From Eledone cirrhosa (taxonomy: Eukaryota), in NCBI GenBank assembly GCA_964016885.1, contig OZ024742.1:243536001-243600000 (forward strand): 64,000 nucleotides of DNA, in the 5' to 3' direction. Below, in pieces: positions 26,583-41,582 of the stretch; positions within the stretch are counted from its first letter, which is position 1; each line of letters opens with the position of its first letter. The notes under the pieces are model-generated. The model saw nothing but the letters and a program-made list of their open reading frames with translations. It ran no database searches and was not told where the DNA came from. The position numbers and the translations under genes were made by a program.

Positions 26583-29500
26583 ATAAATTAACGGAGCCAT
26601 AGACTCTCGCTATTCCCCGTCATAGATTCCATACACTGGTGGTTTTTCCCTGTTTGACTGATGGCGCACTATCTCTCTCTCTCTCTCTGGTGTATTATTT
26701 TTACATATATATATATATATATATAAAGGGTCAGGAGGACCTTTCAGTCATGTCAAGGACATGACAGCCTCCCTAGGGTAGGTGATCTACAAGATAAATG
26801 CAATCAGTACACACTATAAAGTGGTTGGTGTTAGGAAGGGCATCCAGCAGAGAAAGCTTGCCAGACAAAGGGTCAGGAGGACCCTTCAGCCATGTCAAGG
26901 ACATCACAACCTCCCTAGTGTTGGTGATTTACATAAATGTACCCAGTACCTGTCCAACCCTTGCTAGCAGGGAAACAGATGTTAAAATGATGATGATACA
27001 CACACACACACAAATACCACTCTATACATAGTCATCCTGGTGCTGTGATGAAATGTACCCAGTACACACTGTAAAGTGAGTGTGTGCGTGTGTAAATGAT
27101 AACACGTCCATCTTCCACGCTAGCATGGGTTAGATGGGTTTGTCGAACTTGAGGCAAGATTGATCGGGTGACCGTATCTCGCTCATATAGAACTGTTTCT
27201 AGCTGGTTTTCTACAGCTTTCTAATGCCAACCACATTTACAGTGTGAACCTATTTGACTAAATTCAGTGACTGTGGTAATGGAGAAAAAAAAAGGGATAG
27301 AAGACGATAAAAGGATAAAATAAATTAACAATAATTTGTCAAGTAAGAATTAATATTTCAGATTTAATTTTTTAATTTTTAAACCAGTTTTCAAAACAAA
27401 ACCTTGTATATAAAACTCCAAAACACTAGTTCTGAGAGAATGGCAGTGCTCCACCATGGCCACAGACCATGAACTGGAATGAGCAAATGCGTAAAAACAA
27501 TAATATAAAAACCACCAACACCATAATAAATTTTTTAAATATTAAAATATTAGACCATTTATTGTGAAATATTAAAGCAATATTTGGCACTACAACGCTA
27601 TTAGCTGTCAGTCGAAAGCAGCCGATGAAAGCAAAACATCGTTTATTTCCGTATTACTACCACGCGAAAGTGGAGTTACTTATATTAAATTTTATTTTTT
27701 TCACGCGTTTATTTTATTTTTTTGTTATAGCATATAGATGTAAGTGGAGTTACTTAAATGAAAATATCACGCGTTTTTTTTTTATTTAAGCATATCGATA
27801 ACCGTGGAGTTACTTCTGACAGCTAATACCATGAACTATATTTTCATAGTCATAGTTATTAATGTAGAAAACAAGTCATTTTCACCAACAGTGGAGTTAA
27901 CTTAAATGAAAATATAGGTGGCCCTTAAAAGGGCCAAATTAGAAAACAAATTTATGGTTATCAAATTTTTTTCACCAACCCTTTATGAAGAAATGTTTAG
28001 AAAACAAATTTTTTTCACCAACCTTATTCAAAAGCATGGATACAGTCCACATGGAGACAAGAGAGAGTCCCCGTGGAGATTGATGGTATCTGCTGTAATA
28101 GCGGTAGCGATGGAAAGATCGCGATGGTTAATTCCATTAACAATTTTGCCCTTTTAAGGGTCACCTATATTTTCATTTAAGTTAACTCCACTGTTGGTGA
28201 AAATGACTTGTTTTCTACATTGATAACTATGACTATGAAAATATAGTTCATGGTATTAGCTGTCAGAAGTAACTCCACTGTTGGTGAAAATTCATTTAAG
28301 TTCATGGTATTAGCTGTCAGAAGTAATTCCACTGTTGGTGAAAATGCCTTGTTTTCTACATTGATAACCTTGACTATGAAAATATAAATGATTAAATCCA
28401 ATTTATTTGATAAGCATGACTTGATTTCTAATTAACTTAAATTTGTTTTCTAATTTGGCCCTTTTAAGAGCCACCTATATTTTCATTTAAGTAACTCCAC
28501 TTACATCGATATGCTTTAACTCCACTTACATCGATATGCTTTAATAAAAAAAATAAAAAACGCGTGAAAACTCCACTTACGCGTGGTAGTAATACGGAAA
28601 TAAACGATGACGAATGACGTCACCTTCGCCTGCTTTCACGACTGACAGCTAATAGCGTTGTAGTGCCCAATATTTTAGGCATGCACTAAAAATAGAAAAC
28701 ATGCAAGCATCCAAAATAACTGAAAATAATTGAATGTATTCCCCCACAAAAAAAACTTAAGAATTTAGTATAGGTTCCCTCAACATTTTTTCTATTTTCT
28801 CCAATTCTTTCCTGGCCATATTATTCATGAAATACACTGCCTGTCAGTTTCAATTAATTTAGAAAATAATCAAGAATTTAGAGAGATTTAGTAAAATAAT
28901 AAATATTTTTACTTATTTCTATATTAAGTTCATGTTTAAATTATTGATTAAAGATCTATCATAAAATTATGATGAAAAGTTCTAGTTTAAATATGAATAC
29001 TTTAAAATAAAATTGTCCGTATCAAAGAAATGACAGGCAGTTCTAGGCAGGTTAATATCAAATAAAATAGAGAAAATTAACTTTTTAAAATGTTATGTGA
29101 ATCAAAGAAATAAAATGCAATAAAAAAAACTAGGAAGTTTAAAAGAAATAAAGACCAACATAATTAATTTACCAAATAACTTTGCCACCAATTATGTCAA
29201 GAGAAGTTTATATTGAAATTTTACAGATCAATGATGATAAAATATGAAATGTTTTTAGATAATGCTGGCATCTTTGATCAAAACAAAAGAACAATTTACA
29301 AACATCAAAGGGGCTGAAGAAAACTTTATAAATATCAAAATGATTTTAAATTGGTTTAGACAGGGTTTAGAAAAATTACTGAAATTTCTTTCTCTTCCAA
29401 AGATTCACTACTTTCACTTATAACAGACAAAAAAATTCATATATCAACCAATTTTAACAGAATAGTCCTAAATAATATTAGCAGTTCTCTGCTGTTGGCT

Positions 29501-32500
29501 TTCAGATTTTGTGTTATGTTTATTAAAATCAAATTTATTTTAACCATCATCAATTTTATATCCATGCATATTATTCAGGAGGGAAGGGGGGAAGAGCATG
29601 TGCAGAGTTTGGACAAGGGAGGTAGTGTAGGAGAGCCATAAGATTGGTGGATACAAACAAGACCAAGATAATCCTTTTTAGGTGTGGGCAACATCATATT
29701 TAGATAGGAAATTTGTGGGAAGGAAGCAAGACCAAGGAGTGGGGTTAAGAGAAAGATTGACGGGAAAGGGGACCTCAATGCCCATATAATTCAGCCACTA
29801 TGCTATGACTTTTCCCGTGCATTCCTCAACCTACTTGCATAGGAAGGTGGGTATTTTCTAATACAACAAATCACCAGACAACTCCACAAATTCTTCCAAC
29901 TCTGAATGCCCTACAGCTATTATCGTCCATTCACATCATATATCTATACCTATGCAACCTCTTCTCCTATACATTACATCCAATCTCTCTTATGCCCAGT
30001 TTTTTTCTCAATACATTAATAGAGAAGGTAATAGAAGAGAACTGATAACGGATATAACAAATAAAGAAAAGAATAAAATATACAGTAAAATCTAACGTTG
30101 TATCAGGCAAATTTTTCATGTCTATTTTTTTCCTAACATTTACTTTCCAAGAAAATACTTATGTTGAGTTGGGGAAAAACCCTTTCTTCCTATTCACGAA
30201 AAAAAGAAATCAGAAGATAAAACCTAACTGAAATACGTGTTTATTCCTTTTTTGAGGAGGGGGAGGGGGCGTCCAGCTCTCTATTCTCCTTCATTCTCTC
30301 TCTAACTAAAAATAAAAGACTTTAATCTAAAAATTAACTCTAGCAGTCCATTATTCTGTGCTGATGACAAAAATAATTCAGAAACAAATTCATCTTCAGA
30401 TATGAACTAAATTAATTAAATTTTATTAAAATAAATTTGATTTTAATAAACATGACAGTTTAAATTCCTAATAATATTAATAAAAACAAAATAAATCCCA
30501 AAAATAAACAAAATCTAATTGCCAATCAAGAAAACAACTAATGTTCAAATGAAAAGGTACAGTCCTACAGAAGAGAAATATTTGTATCATATGATGGAGT
30601 CACAACAAACAGGAAAAAGACGGAGCTCATTTTCTGCTCAAGAATATTGAGTTCACATGCTTTTTACCTCATCAATAAGGAATATGAGACACATCAGTAT
30701 AAATATGAAACTTAAATCTCTCATATGTTTTAGGAAAAACCTTGTTAAACAATTAGTACATATTTTATAATAAAATTTCAAAGGCAGTATCAGCACTACC
30801 TTGTTAGTATCACATGCTAAATTTTAAAAAAAAGCCTTTACTCAAGTAAATTTCATTAAAAATTCGCTAGATATATCTAAAAACCCTTAAGTAAGATCTA
30901 AATTTCGAGGCTGAGGTTCACATACATTAAATTCTCAAATAATTTAAATAATAAAAAGTTTTAAAATGAAACAGAATAAATTGTTTTAAAAATGACATTT
31001 ATGTATAGGAAAAGAGAGAGAGATTAAGATTAAAATTTATTTAACCTCAAGTTTTTTTTAAAAAAAGGATATAGAAATATAGAGTTTAAATTATTTTAAA
31101 ATTATCAAAAAGTTCAATTAAATCAGAAAATAATCAAATATATTTGATGCCCTTTACCTTGAGAGGTTACTTGGAAAGTGTATAAATCATAAAAGAAACT
31201 CACCTTGCTTTATCTTGATAATATTGGTTATAATAAGATTCCGGATTATCATAGTAACTTCGTCCATAACGGTCTCGATAATAGTTATAATAGGCTGCAT
31301 TTCTATGATAATAATTTGGGTCATAGTCTAACAAAAGAGAAGTTGTTAATTGTAAAGAATTGATAGACAAACAAAAAATTAAAAGAACTGGAATAATCCT
31401 AATTTTATGTCAATGAAATATTTTCAGATTAAATAAAATTGAGAGAAATATTCATTAGCCGTTTTGTTACTAAATAAAAGACACTGCCTATGATTTTCAA
31501 AACATTTTGAAAATAATCAAAAATTTAGGGAGATTTAGTAATGTAACTCACTTTCTCATTGTCAAACTGGTGTTTGGAGCAAAACAAATGTTCTTACATA
31601 AAATTATGATGAAAAATATTTGAATAAATACAGATATTTAAAAATAAACAACTTAGTATTTTAGCAGGGCTGGTTTAAAGCAGTTTTGATATCAAAAGGA
31701 TCAATTCAAAAGAATATATAAATAAAAATGAGAATAACTATGATATGGTATGGTCCTGTAACTCCTGATAGAGTGATAGGAGCACTGTAGTGGCAAACGT
31801 TTCTTGGGTATTTCAAGCCTGGCAGAGCCCATCCCTCTCCAGCTCTGAACACCACAGATTTCTTCCAGAGAAGGGTAGAAAGTGAGAGAGAGGAAGTAAA
31901 AAAGTGATATAGAGGAAAAATTGACATCAGTACAAGACTGGTACTTTTTTATCAACCTTAAAAGGATGAAAGGCAAAGTTGGCCTCGGCAGGATTTGAAC
32001 TCAGAGAGCCAGAACAAATGCCACAAAGCATTCTATCCAATGTTCTAACAACTCTGCCAATTCACCAACTAACTGTCACTTCCTATATTATTAAAATATG
32101 TTTCATATCTTTTATATGAAGACACATTAAAGGTTGTGCTGTAACAGTCCATCAAATAAAAACAATTGCGACATTTCTTGAAACAATTTGGACACTGCAC
32201 AGAAATGAAAGCTCTAAATGTCTTCCTATAACACCAAACAACTTATGAGCAATTTAAACAAGTAGATATTTCAGGCTGTAATCACACATCTAAAACACCA
32301 TTTTAAGGAATATGATGTGGCCTAGTACCGAATCAAAAGAATTTTAACCTTTTAACATTTACATTACTCTATATATACTATATAGGGAAGCAGACGGAGA
32401 GGGCGACCCAAAATGAACTGGCGCCAGACAGTTGAGAGGGACCTGCGAGCGACAAACAGACAATGGCGGGATGCTGTGCAACTGGCTGCTGACTGAACGC

Positions 32501-35500
32501 AGTGGAACACTATGATTGCCTCATGCGTCGCAAGACGCGGGAGCGTCTGAGTCTGATATATACTATTGTATTTTTGTGGTAAAGGCTTTATCTTACATAA
32601 TTATCTCACATAATATTGAATCTACGCGATTTTGATATATATTTTGAGAACAATACCTAACATCAGTCTGAGCAGCCAGTTATGGCTGGTTTGAATAGAA
32701 AGAGGTGAAAGAATTCTAGCCGGATACAGCCAGTTTAAATGCTAAAGGGTTAAACACAACTGTGCATAGCAACTATGTGGTTCTGAGTCTGATCCTATTA
32801 CATGGTACCTTCAGCAAGTGTATTCTACTATAACCTTGTGTTGACCAATGCCTTTATGTGAAATTTAGTAGACAGAAACTGTATGGATGTTTGTTATATA
32901 TGTGTGTGTACACATTAATAAGAATACCAATACACTAGTGTGTTCAAACAAAAACGTCTTACAATAACTCTTCTGCTTGAATTTCAAAGACTCTTGGTTG
33001 TCACTCTCACCATCACAAATGCAAAGAACTGGTATTTGTTCTATTAGAAGCCTTAAGCCAACAATGCTATTGTACACATTGTACATGATAAAACTGAATA
33101 AGCTCCAATAGATGATTGACACTTATCAAGGAACTAGTCCTTGTGCATGCAATGATAGGCCCGTCATTTCCAGCAAAGTGTGTTGCCAGTTGTCACTAGC
33201 CAAAGTCATCTTTATAGAGGTTAGTTTCTTAAGGTCAGTTTTCATTACTTTGTTCCACGTCTTCCTTGGTCTCCTTTTTCCACACATTCTATCCACTTCA
33301 AGCATTCAGCACTTCCTTATATAATTATCATCATCCATATGTTATAAGAAAAGGTTATTCCTACTATGGCCTCTCACCTACTAAACACCTGTTAAATTTT
33401 CACCTGCTACCTTATTTACAAACACCTCTTCTATGACCTGCTGTAATACTCATTACACCATGCTGACTGAATAACAAGGCAAAGAATCTGCTCTGCCAGT
33501 ATCCAAGCTCTCCTCCAACACTCATAAAAATTATCTTTAGCACTCCAATTATCATTAACTCTCTACTACTACAGTCACCAATCCTTACTTTAATATTGGA
33601 TTTGACCATATTCATGTGATTCATTCACTCTCTCTCTCACACAGAGGATAGCCCTTATTGACATCTACCACCCCAATATACCATCACTCGTATCTGATGA
33701 TATCCATACCCAATTGGATATCTGCAATTTTCCATATATAACCATCACTCCTATCCATATTGAATACTACCACCCACTACTGCTAACCATTTATCTCTAT
33801 CATGCATGAAACTCAGTTAATATCTACCACTCCCACTTTCCTGTGTTATCCATTATTCATTTCCTCCCTCCTACCATGACATCTCTATTGTTATCTTACC
33901 CACTATTGACAACCAGCTTGTAGCTTTGTCGTTCCCCCTCCCCTACCATCCTATCACTCCCTTTCTCCCTTCATATTCAAACCATACTCTCTCCTCTTTT
34001 AATGCTTGGTCATCACTGCCTATCTAATCACCCTCTCAGTTACATTTTGCCTTGAAGGAACTGAGACTGCATAGAACAAAGAGACCTCTTCAACCTTGCA
34101 GTGCTGGTACTATGATGAAATGCACCTAGTAACTCTCTAAAGTAGGTAGTAATTGAACAGAGACAATATATGCACTTGATAACTTCTATAGTGCTGGTGC
34201 CATGATAAAATGCATCAAGGACACTGTAAAGTGGTTGGTGATAGGAAGAGCATCTAACTGTAGAAGCTCTGCCAAGAATTGCAGTATGCGAGATGTGTTT
34301 CTCTGACCCATTTAGGAGAGCAATAGCTTTGAATAAATATGACTCAGACTGTAACAACCTATCTAACCCATGCTACCCTGGAAAACAGACATGATGATGA
34401 CAATGATTGTACTCAGTGTCTAAAGGAAGAAAGCTAAATAGGGCAAAGCATTAGGTTTGGTGCTCTATTAATCAACTTTATCAGTATAATCATATTTACA
34501 GCAAACAACTTAATATCAACATATACTGAAACTAAATATAACGGTTGATTATTTTAAATGTTATATTTTGTAAATACATTATCAAGTCAATTTTATAGTC
34601 TTAAAATCTATACTCAGTTTGCTATTCTAGCAGGAGTTTGGTTTTTCAAACTGAAACATTCACATTATTTGATATACATAACAGAATATGCATACATGCA
34701 ACCTTAAAAGATTTCATCTATCTTAAATTATTTTCAGAGGCACCACAACCAGAGAAAAGAAAGGCATTTGCAAACATAGAGAGATTTATAGACAAACATA
34801 TAGCTGAGAAAAATTTTAATACAAGAATAAGCAGATAAAACCTTATTGAACATTGAGAACTTAAGGAGAAAAAAATCCAAGTTTAATCATTTGCAAAAGA
34901 TGAAGATGTAAACTAAGAGGATCTTTCAAGTATTTTGAGAGTGATAGAGGCAGGCAAGAATGCTATACTGCTCTATGTGCCAATGCAAAAAAGATTCTGA
35001 TTGAGAATCTGTGGACTTACATACCTTTCTTATGAAACCTCCGGCCTGCAATTATTCAGAAAATCCATCAAATAAATCCTTTGTAATGTTGGAAGGAAAT
35101 TTAAATACTTACCAATTTTTAATCAAAAATGCAGTTAACTAAGAAAATCGATTCATACTAATGCTACAATAATTAATTAAATGACCGCAAATTGTAATTG
35201 ATTCTATATTAGTTTAATAGTATGACTACAATAGCAAGTTTTAGGATTTAATTAGCTAGAATAATAATAAAAGATTCCAAAATTAATAAATAGTTCAATA
35301 CTCCTTAACATAAATTTGAAAAGTACCTCTTCTGTACACTTCTGATATAAATTTGAAAACAAGCTAACTCAATTCTACTGATTCAAGCATTTAATCTATT
35401 TTTTTCATGATTCATAAAAGTGAGGAAACATTGACTAGGAATAAAATGCCTAGAAGTTCAAAACCATATACTTAACAACTGTCCTAATCTTCCTTTTCCA

Positions 35501-38500
35501 AAACTCCATTCTCCCAGAACTGTCATTTTAGTATTATTTTCCTCCAACCTTCAGTTTAAAAGGGATATTAAGAGTAGTAACCTCACCAATTCTCAAGACT
35601 CCATTATACCCACATTTTAAGAACCACAAAAAGAAAAATAATGATTATTCCAAAATGTTCTCATAAATACAAATTAATATTTTATAAGTAAAAGTATATT
35701 ACTACAATTAATACTATTTTGGTTTGTACAAAATGCTGCAAAATATTAATCTATACAGAATAATCCCATCTTGGAGTATCAGATTCAACTTTCACAACAT
35801 AACCTATTAATACTTCAAACACTTTATTCTCCTAAATTAAAAAAATATTCTATCGTGCTCTAAATTCAAATGGACACACACAAATCACCTCATATTATCT
35901 ATTCCCAATTTTATAAGAGCAGAGTATAGATAATTTAATCAACCACAGAATATGAAAGGTTTTTCATTTTTCAACAGGAATAATAAGAAAGTAAAATCAA
36001 CTCCACTAGATCTTAATGCAGCATTGTAATATCTACTTTACAAGTTCATAGTATTATTAAAAGGTGAAAAATAGCTATCTGACGTGACATCTATGATGCT
36101 TTGTGTATACCAAAAATCCATAATCCTATTCTGATAATTTAGTATAAAGTCTGTAAATTGATAATTAGCACCAAACTACACATTTGTAAAGGAGGGATGT
36201 ATTCAACTGAATTACATCCAATATTCCATATACTTATTTCACTGATCTTAGAGAAATGAAAGGTTAAAAGGTCAGCCCTGTAAAGATTTGAACTCAAAAT
36301 ATGAGAAAGCCACATAATGCTTTGAAGTTCATCCAGCAATTTACTATTACTACTTCTCAACTGCCTTACAAAATCAATATATTAAAAAGAAATTAAAAGA
36401 TATATCTACATTGATTTAATAACTCCTGAGGTGCAAAATTTAATATCGAAAAAATAAGAATCTACGTCTCACAAACATCTTTCAACTGATAGATTCTTCC
36501 ATACTAGATTCTGTAATCTCTTGCAAAAAATAACTTTTACTCAATACAATAACAATAGCTTGAAGAAACTTGGATTTCTTTTCAGGAATTTATTTTCAAA
36601 TACTCTGAACAAATATGAGCTGAGGAAAAGAAAATTTTCTCTGCAATGTAGAACTATGTTCGCATGTGAGATGATGTGCAGCTTTGAGGCACTGATTTCA
36701 CTGATTAATGTAGTTCATTTAATAAATTGGGAAAAAGAAAACTTTCTCCAGCATATGATTCCCTTTAATGACAAGCAAATGAGCTCAAAATCCTTTCTCA
36801 TTCAATATTTATTTAGCTGCCTCTGCTAATTACACTCCAATTACACCACCTCCATCACAACTCCTGTGTATAAACACTTTAAAGTGATTTATCAAAAGGC
36901 AGAATTATAAATTAAAGCAATTCAGCAATCTCACAATTACCAAGCAATAAAATACATAATCTAATTTCTTAACTCTTCGTTAGAAATGTTTAGAATTTAG
37001 TTAAGACTTACCATGATATGCATCTTTGTGTCTGTTGTAATAATCTCTGTCATAACGACTGTAATCGAGTCGAGATGAAGGGCGTTCAGAACGGGCGTCA
37101 GTATCATCTAGAAAAAATTTTAAGAAATTTATGAGATTGTGTAAGCTGGTGGCAGCATATATTTCAACTAATTTCTTGAAAATGAAACTCATTACATCAT
37201 TTACCATCTTCTACTCTCATTTTCAAAATTAAATTCCTTTCGACTTTTTAACAGCACCTATTACACTTTCATCTACTATACTTGATATGGTTTTTATTCT
37301 TCAAAGAGGAAAAAAATCAGATTAAACAATGCCTTTCATTCAGCAAAATATATACACTCAGTTTCTAACAACAGGTCAAGAAAAGCTCAGTTATTTTCTT
37401 CGTGAAGCATGCATATAAATGTGATATCAGTCATTTTATCTTCAAGTAAAATCAGGATCAAGAACAATGCTCCATATTCTGGTTCCACCCAGTCTGCAAA
37501 TAGCTCAGCTATTCCCAATAATAAACTTTTTAGCTTTTTTACCAAGTGCTGACAGGCAACACTAGGAAACTTGGTACCCATTGGAGAAAATTATTAATTA
37601 AATAGAATATTTATTAAAAGTAACTAATTTCTATTTAACATTAGAAGAGACACATGAAATATATAATATATTCATTCATCCAAATACTCTTCAAACTCTC
37701 ACTCTCTACTGCCAACTAGTATAAAGACATCTAGATATTTTTAAAAAATCTTTCTCTTAAATATTGTTTCTACATTTGGCACAAGGCCAGCAATTATCCA
37801 GTGTATTACTGGTACTTTATTTTATCGACCTCGTAAGGATGAAAGGCAAAGTTAACCTCGGCAGGATTTGAACTCAGAATGGCAAGGGCCGTAACTCTAT
37901 ACGTCAAAGCATGTCGTCCGACCCACAATCGATACTGCCAATCCACCATATTGGCTATAAAACAGAAGCCAAATATTAAATGTACAGGAAGATTTAAGTA
38001 AAAACATTAGTTACACAAAACTTTCAAAGTTGTTGAGCAATTGGAATATATCACAGATCTATTGTGTTCTTAATTTTACTAGCTCTCCTCTCATTATGAT
38101 TATGTTAATATTTGTTTACCTTTCATATCTTAAAACTACCAAAGTCTACTGAGAAAGACATATACTTAAACATTCTATTGTTAAAAAATCTTCAATCTCC
38201 AACCCTTCATCATGCTATGTTGTTCTTTTACTATTTATACCAGACACAACCGCTGTTTTAAACACATCTACTACTCCAAATCATTGACATATGATTCATA
38301 TAATAAATTAACCAATTCTCTGTATAAAAACACAGAGAATGAGTCCTTTTATTGACAATACAAGCAATAAGGTTTAATATTTAACATAAGATTGCTTCAA
38401 AAAATTGGATCAACATTTCATATAATGTTCCAGACCAAAATTAGATATAAGTGAAAGTAATTTTTTTAAATGTTAATATTTAGAAACAAAGAATCAATGC

Positions 38501-41500
38501 ATAATAGCAGGAAAGTGAATATTTCAGAATATTAGTCTTTAGTAGTGAAGAGGAATGAAATCTTAATCTTAGATTTAGTGTTAACATAATCCTAACATAA
38601 GTGATAAGGCTGAAGTATAAGGTTAGCAGAGAAATCATCATCATCATCACCGTTTTGCGTCCGTTCTTCCATGCTAGCATGGGTTAGACGGGTTGTCTTG
38701 TTGTGGGCAGTGTCTGGTCGGCTGACCATGCCTTGCTCATACAGGAACTGATTTTGGCTTGATTTCTACAGCTGGATGCTCTTCCTAACACCAACCTCAT
38801 TTACAGTGAGTGCTTGGTGCTTTTTCCGTGGCGCCTACACGTCCACTTTACAGTGTGGGCTGGGTGCTTTTTTGCCGTGGCACCTCCACGACCACCTTGC
38901 AGTGGGAGGGTGTGGGGGCATATTGTCTATATGCTTCAGCTTGTACCCATGGGAGGTCGGGTACTCTGTATTACTGTGTGACGCCAGAGGTCACGGTTGT
39001 GTGTCATCACCTTTGAGAGGTGTAATTGGGTAAGGTCGGCTTTTATCACCTCATCCCAGGTCTTCTTGGGTCTCCCCACTCCGCGGTTTCCATTGACTTC
39101 TAGTGCTCTGCACCTTTTTATGCAGCTGCCATCCTTCATACGCATCACATGTCCATACCAACGCAACCACCTCTCCTGCACACAGCATTTGATTCCTCTT
39201 ATGCTCAGTCTCTCTCTCAATTCATTTATGCTTTGTCGTTCGTGTATATTACTATTACACATCCATCGGAGCATGCAGGCTTCGTTTCTTTCTAATCTAC
39301 CTAAGTCTTCCACCTTCAGCGCCCAGGTCACACTACCATGTAACATTGCTGTTCGGATACACGCATCATACAGTCTGCCTTTCATTTTGAGGGAGAAGCC
39401 TTTTGCAGCTAGCAGGGGCAGTAGCTCCCTGAACTTCTTCCATCCCATTCTTACCCTAGTTATTGTACTTTCTGAACACCCACCTCCGCTGTTAATTCGG
39501 TCACTTAGGTAGCAGAAGCTGTCTACTGTTTCTACAGAGCCCTCCCAGAGATTGGTGGTACTTGTTTCCTGTGGCTGTTTGCTGCCCCAGCACAGCTGCT
39601 GCATGTGAAGCCTACATTCTTAATTAAGCTTCCTGAGATCCTGCTACATCTCTTGTGTTTGCATTTGGGGCAGAGAATGGAGTTCCTACCTACACCTTTC
39701 CTACATACTGAGCAAGGCCATTTCCCAGATCTAGGTTCTGTTTTCTCGTCTACTTACAAGAACCTTAGTCTTTGTCATGTTGACTTTGAGACCCTTTCTT
39801 TCTAGTCCCTGCTTCCAAGTTTGGAATTTCTTCTCTAGTTCTACCATAGATTCAGCTATAAGTGCGAGGTCATCAGCATACAGGAGTCCCCATGGGCATC
39901 CGGTCTTAAACTCTTCCGTTATTGCCTGCAGGACTATGATGAACAGGAGAGGGCTAAGAACAGGGCTCTGGTGGACACCAACCTGTACACTAAATTCCTC
40001 GCTATACTCATTGCTAATCCTAACTTTGCTGATTGCTCCCCTATACATGGCTTGTGCAGCTTTCACAAGCCATTCATCTACTCCTAGTTTTCTAAGAGCC
40101 CACCAGATTACAGCACATGGAACTCTGTCAAAGGCTTTCTCGAGATCGACGAATGCCAGGTAGAGTGGCTTACTTTTAGCTAGGTACTTTTCCTGTAACT
40201 GCCTCACAAGGAAGAAGGCATCAGTGGTGCCTCTTCCTGGTACAAACCCAAATTGCACCTCATCTATTTTCACCAGGTCCCTAATCAACTGTGCTATAAC
40301 TCTTTCTGTTACTTTCATGACCTGGTCCATCAGCTTTATACCTCTATAGTTTCCTCTATCTAGTGCATCACCTTTACCTTTGTAGCAGTTGACAATGATG
40401 CTACTGCACCAATCTTTTGGTATGACACCTTCTAGTATTACCTGGTTAACAATATAAAGTTGTAAATATAAAGTTGTTTTGCTTTTTTTACCAAAATTGA
40501 CTGGAAACAACAATAATTATTTTACATAATTTTTAGTTTGTGTCACAATAATTAGATCATCAATAAATACCTCTCTCCCTCTTGTACATACAGATACACA
40601 ATTATATTTTATTTTAAGATTTCAAGCTTCATACTCTAATGTGACAGCTAATGGATTACAACATTGAGAGTTAGAAAAGTGCTGAGGATTCTAAGCTAGT
40701 TAGACCAGAAGGTAATTTGCAACTAGTAATCTAGAAAAGGACAGGTGAGATTTGGTAAAGGGAAAGAAACCTCTCTTTGTGTTGTTTAGAAACTATACAA
40801 CACAAGAGAAAAAGAAAAAGTAGATATAAGCAATAGCTGGTGTAAGGAAAAAGAAAAAGATGTTGTTGACATTACTAATCGACCTACCATTTTCATCTGG
40901 TGAGACAGCTGTAATAATTGAAAAGATATTACTATTTAAAATGTTCAATGAAAGGTAGGAAATCAATTATTTTTAACAATTTCTTATTTTGCAATATGGG
41001 TGTAGTTAATTGACACCAGGACTTAACTATATATTTTGCTAACTATGAAGGATAAAATATACAATAGTCATAGGTGAACTCAAAACATGAAAGGGATTTG
41101 TCTGATGATCTACTGATTCTGTTATTTCCTGCCTTCTGTTTAAACAACAAAATAATTCTATTTCTTAGTTATACCACAACATTTTTAAAAACTCATATCT
41201 ACTTGAATTACCATTTGCAGGTCAGAGAGATTTGGGAGATAGAGACGGGTTGCTGTGCAGCACGTTTCGAAAGATTAAGATAGTCTTGTGTAAAAACAGG
41301 AGAGATGGAAGGGCTTGGTGAAGATAAAAATTAGCTTAGATTGCTAGAATGGACACTATGGAGAACAGTCGCCTTGTTTGATTAGGGTTAGTATAATCAT
41401 CATCATCACCATTTAACATCCATTTTGCCATGCTAGCATGAGTTAGACAAGTTGTCCCATTGTGAGACAAGTCAGATCAGCTGACCAAGTCTTGCTCATA

Positions 41501-41547
41501 CAGAACTGATATAAATATGTATATAGATGACTGCCTATCTGCATGTA

Positions 41548-41582
<35 letters not shown>

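Noticed and set aside
27650-28600. Recurrent gtggagttac motifs as a CRISPR-like array
   Set aside because: Spacing is irregular, both orientations occur, the spacers are themselves repeated, there are no cas genes, and the context is eukaryotic.
31157-31203. Alternative donor AAG|gtaaag or a 12-nt microexon after the 124-nt exon
   Set aside because: The extension hits an immediate TGA, and a microexon would need an intron of only about 34 nt.
38997-40163. Plus-strand ORFs of 128-171 aa, also seen at 60059-61420 and 13096-13758
   Set aside because: Antisense shadow frames of the LINE RT coding sequence.
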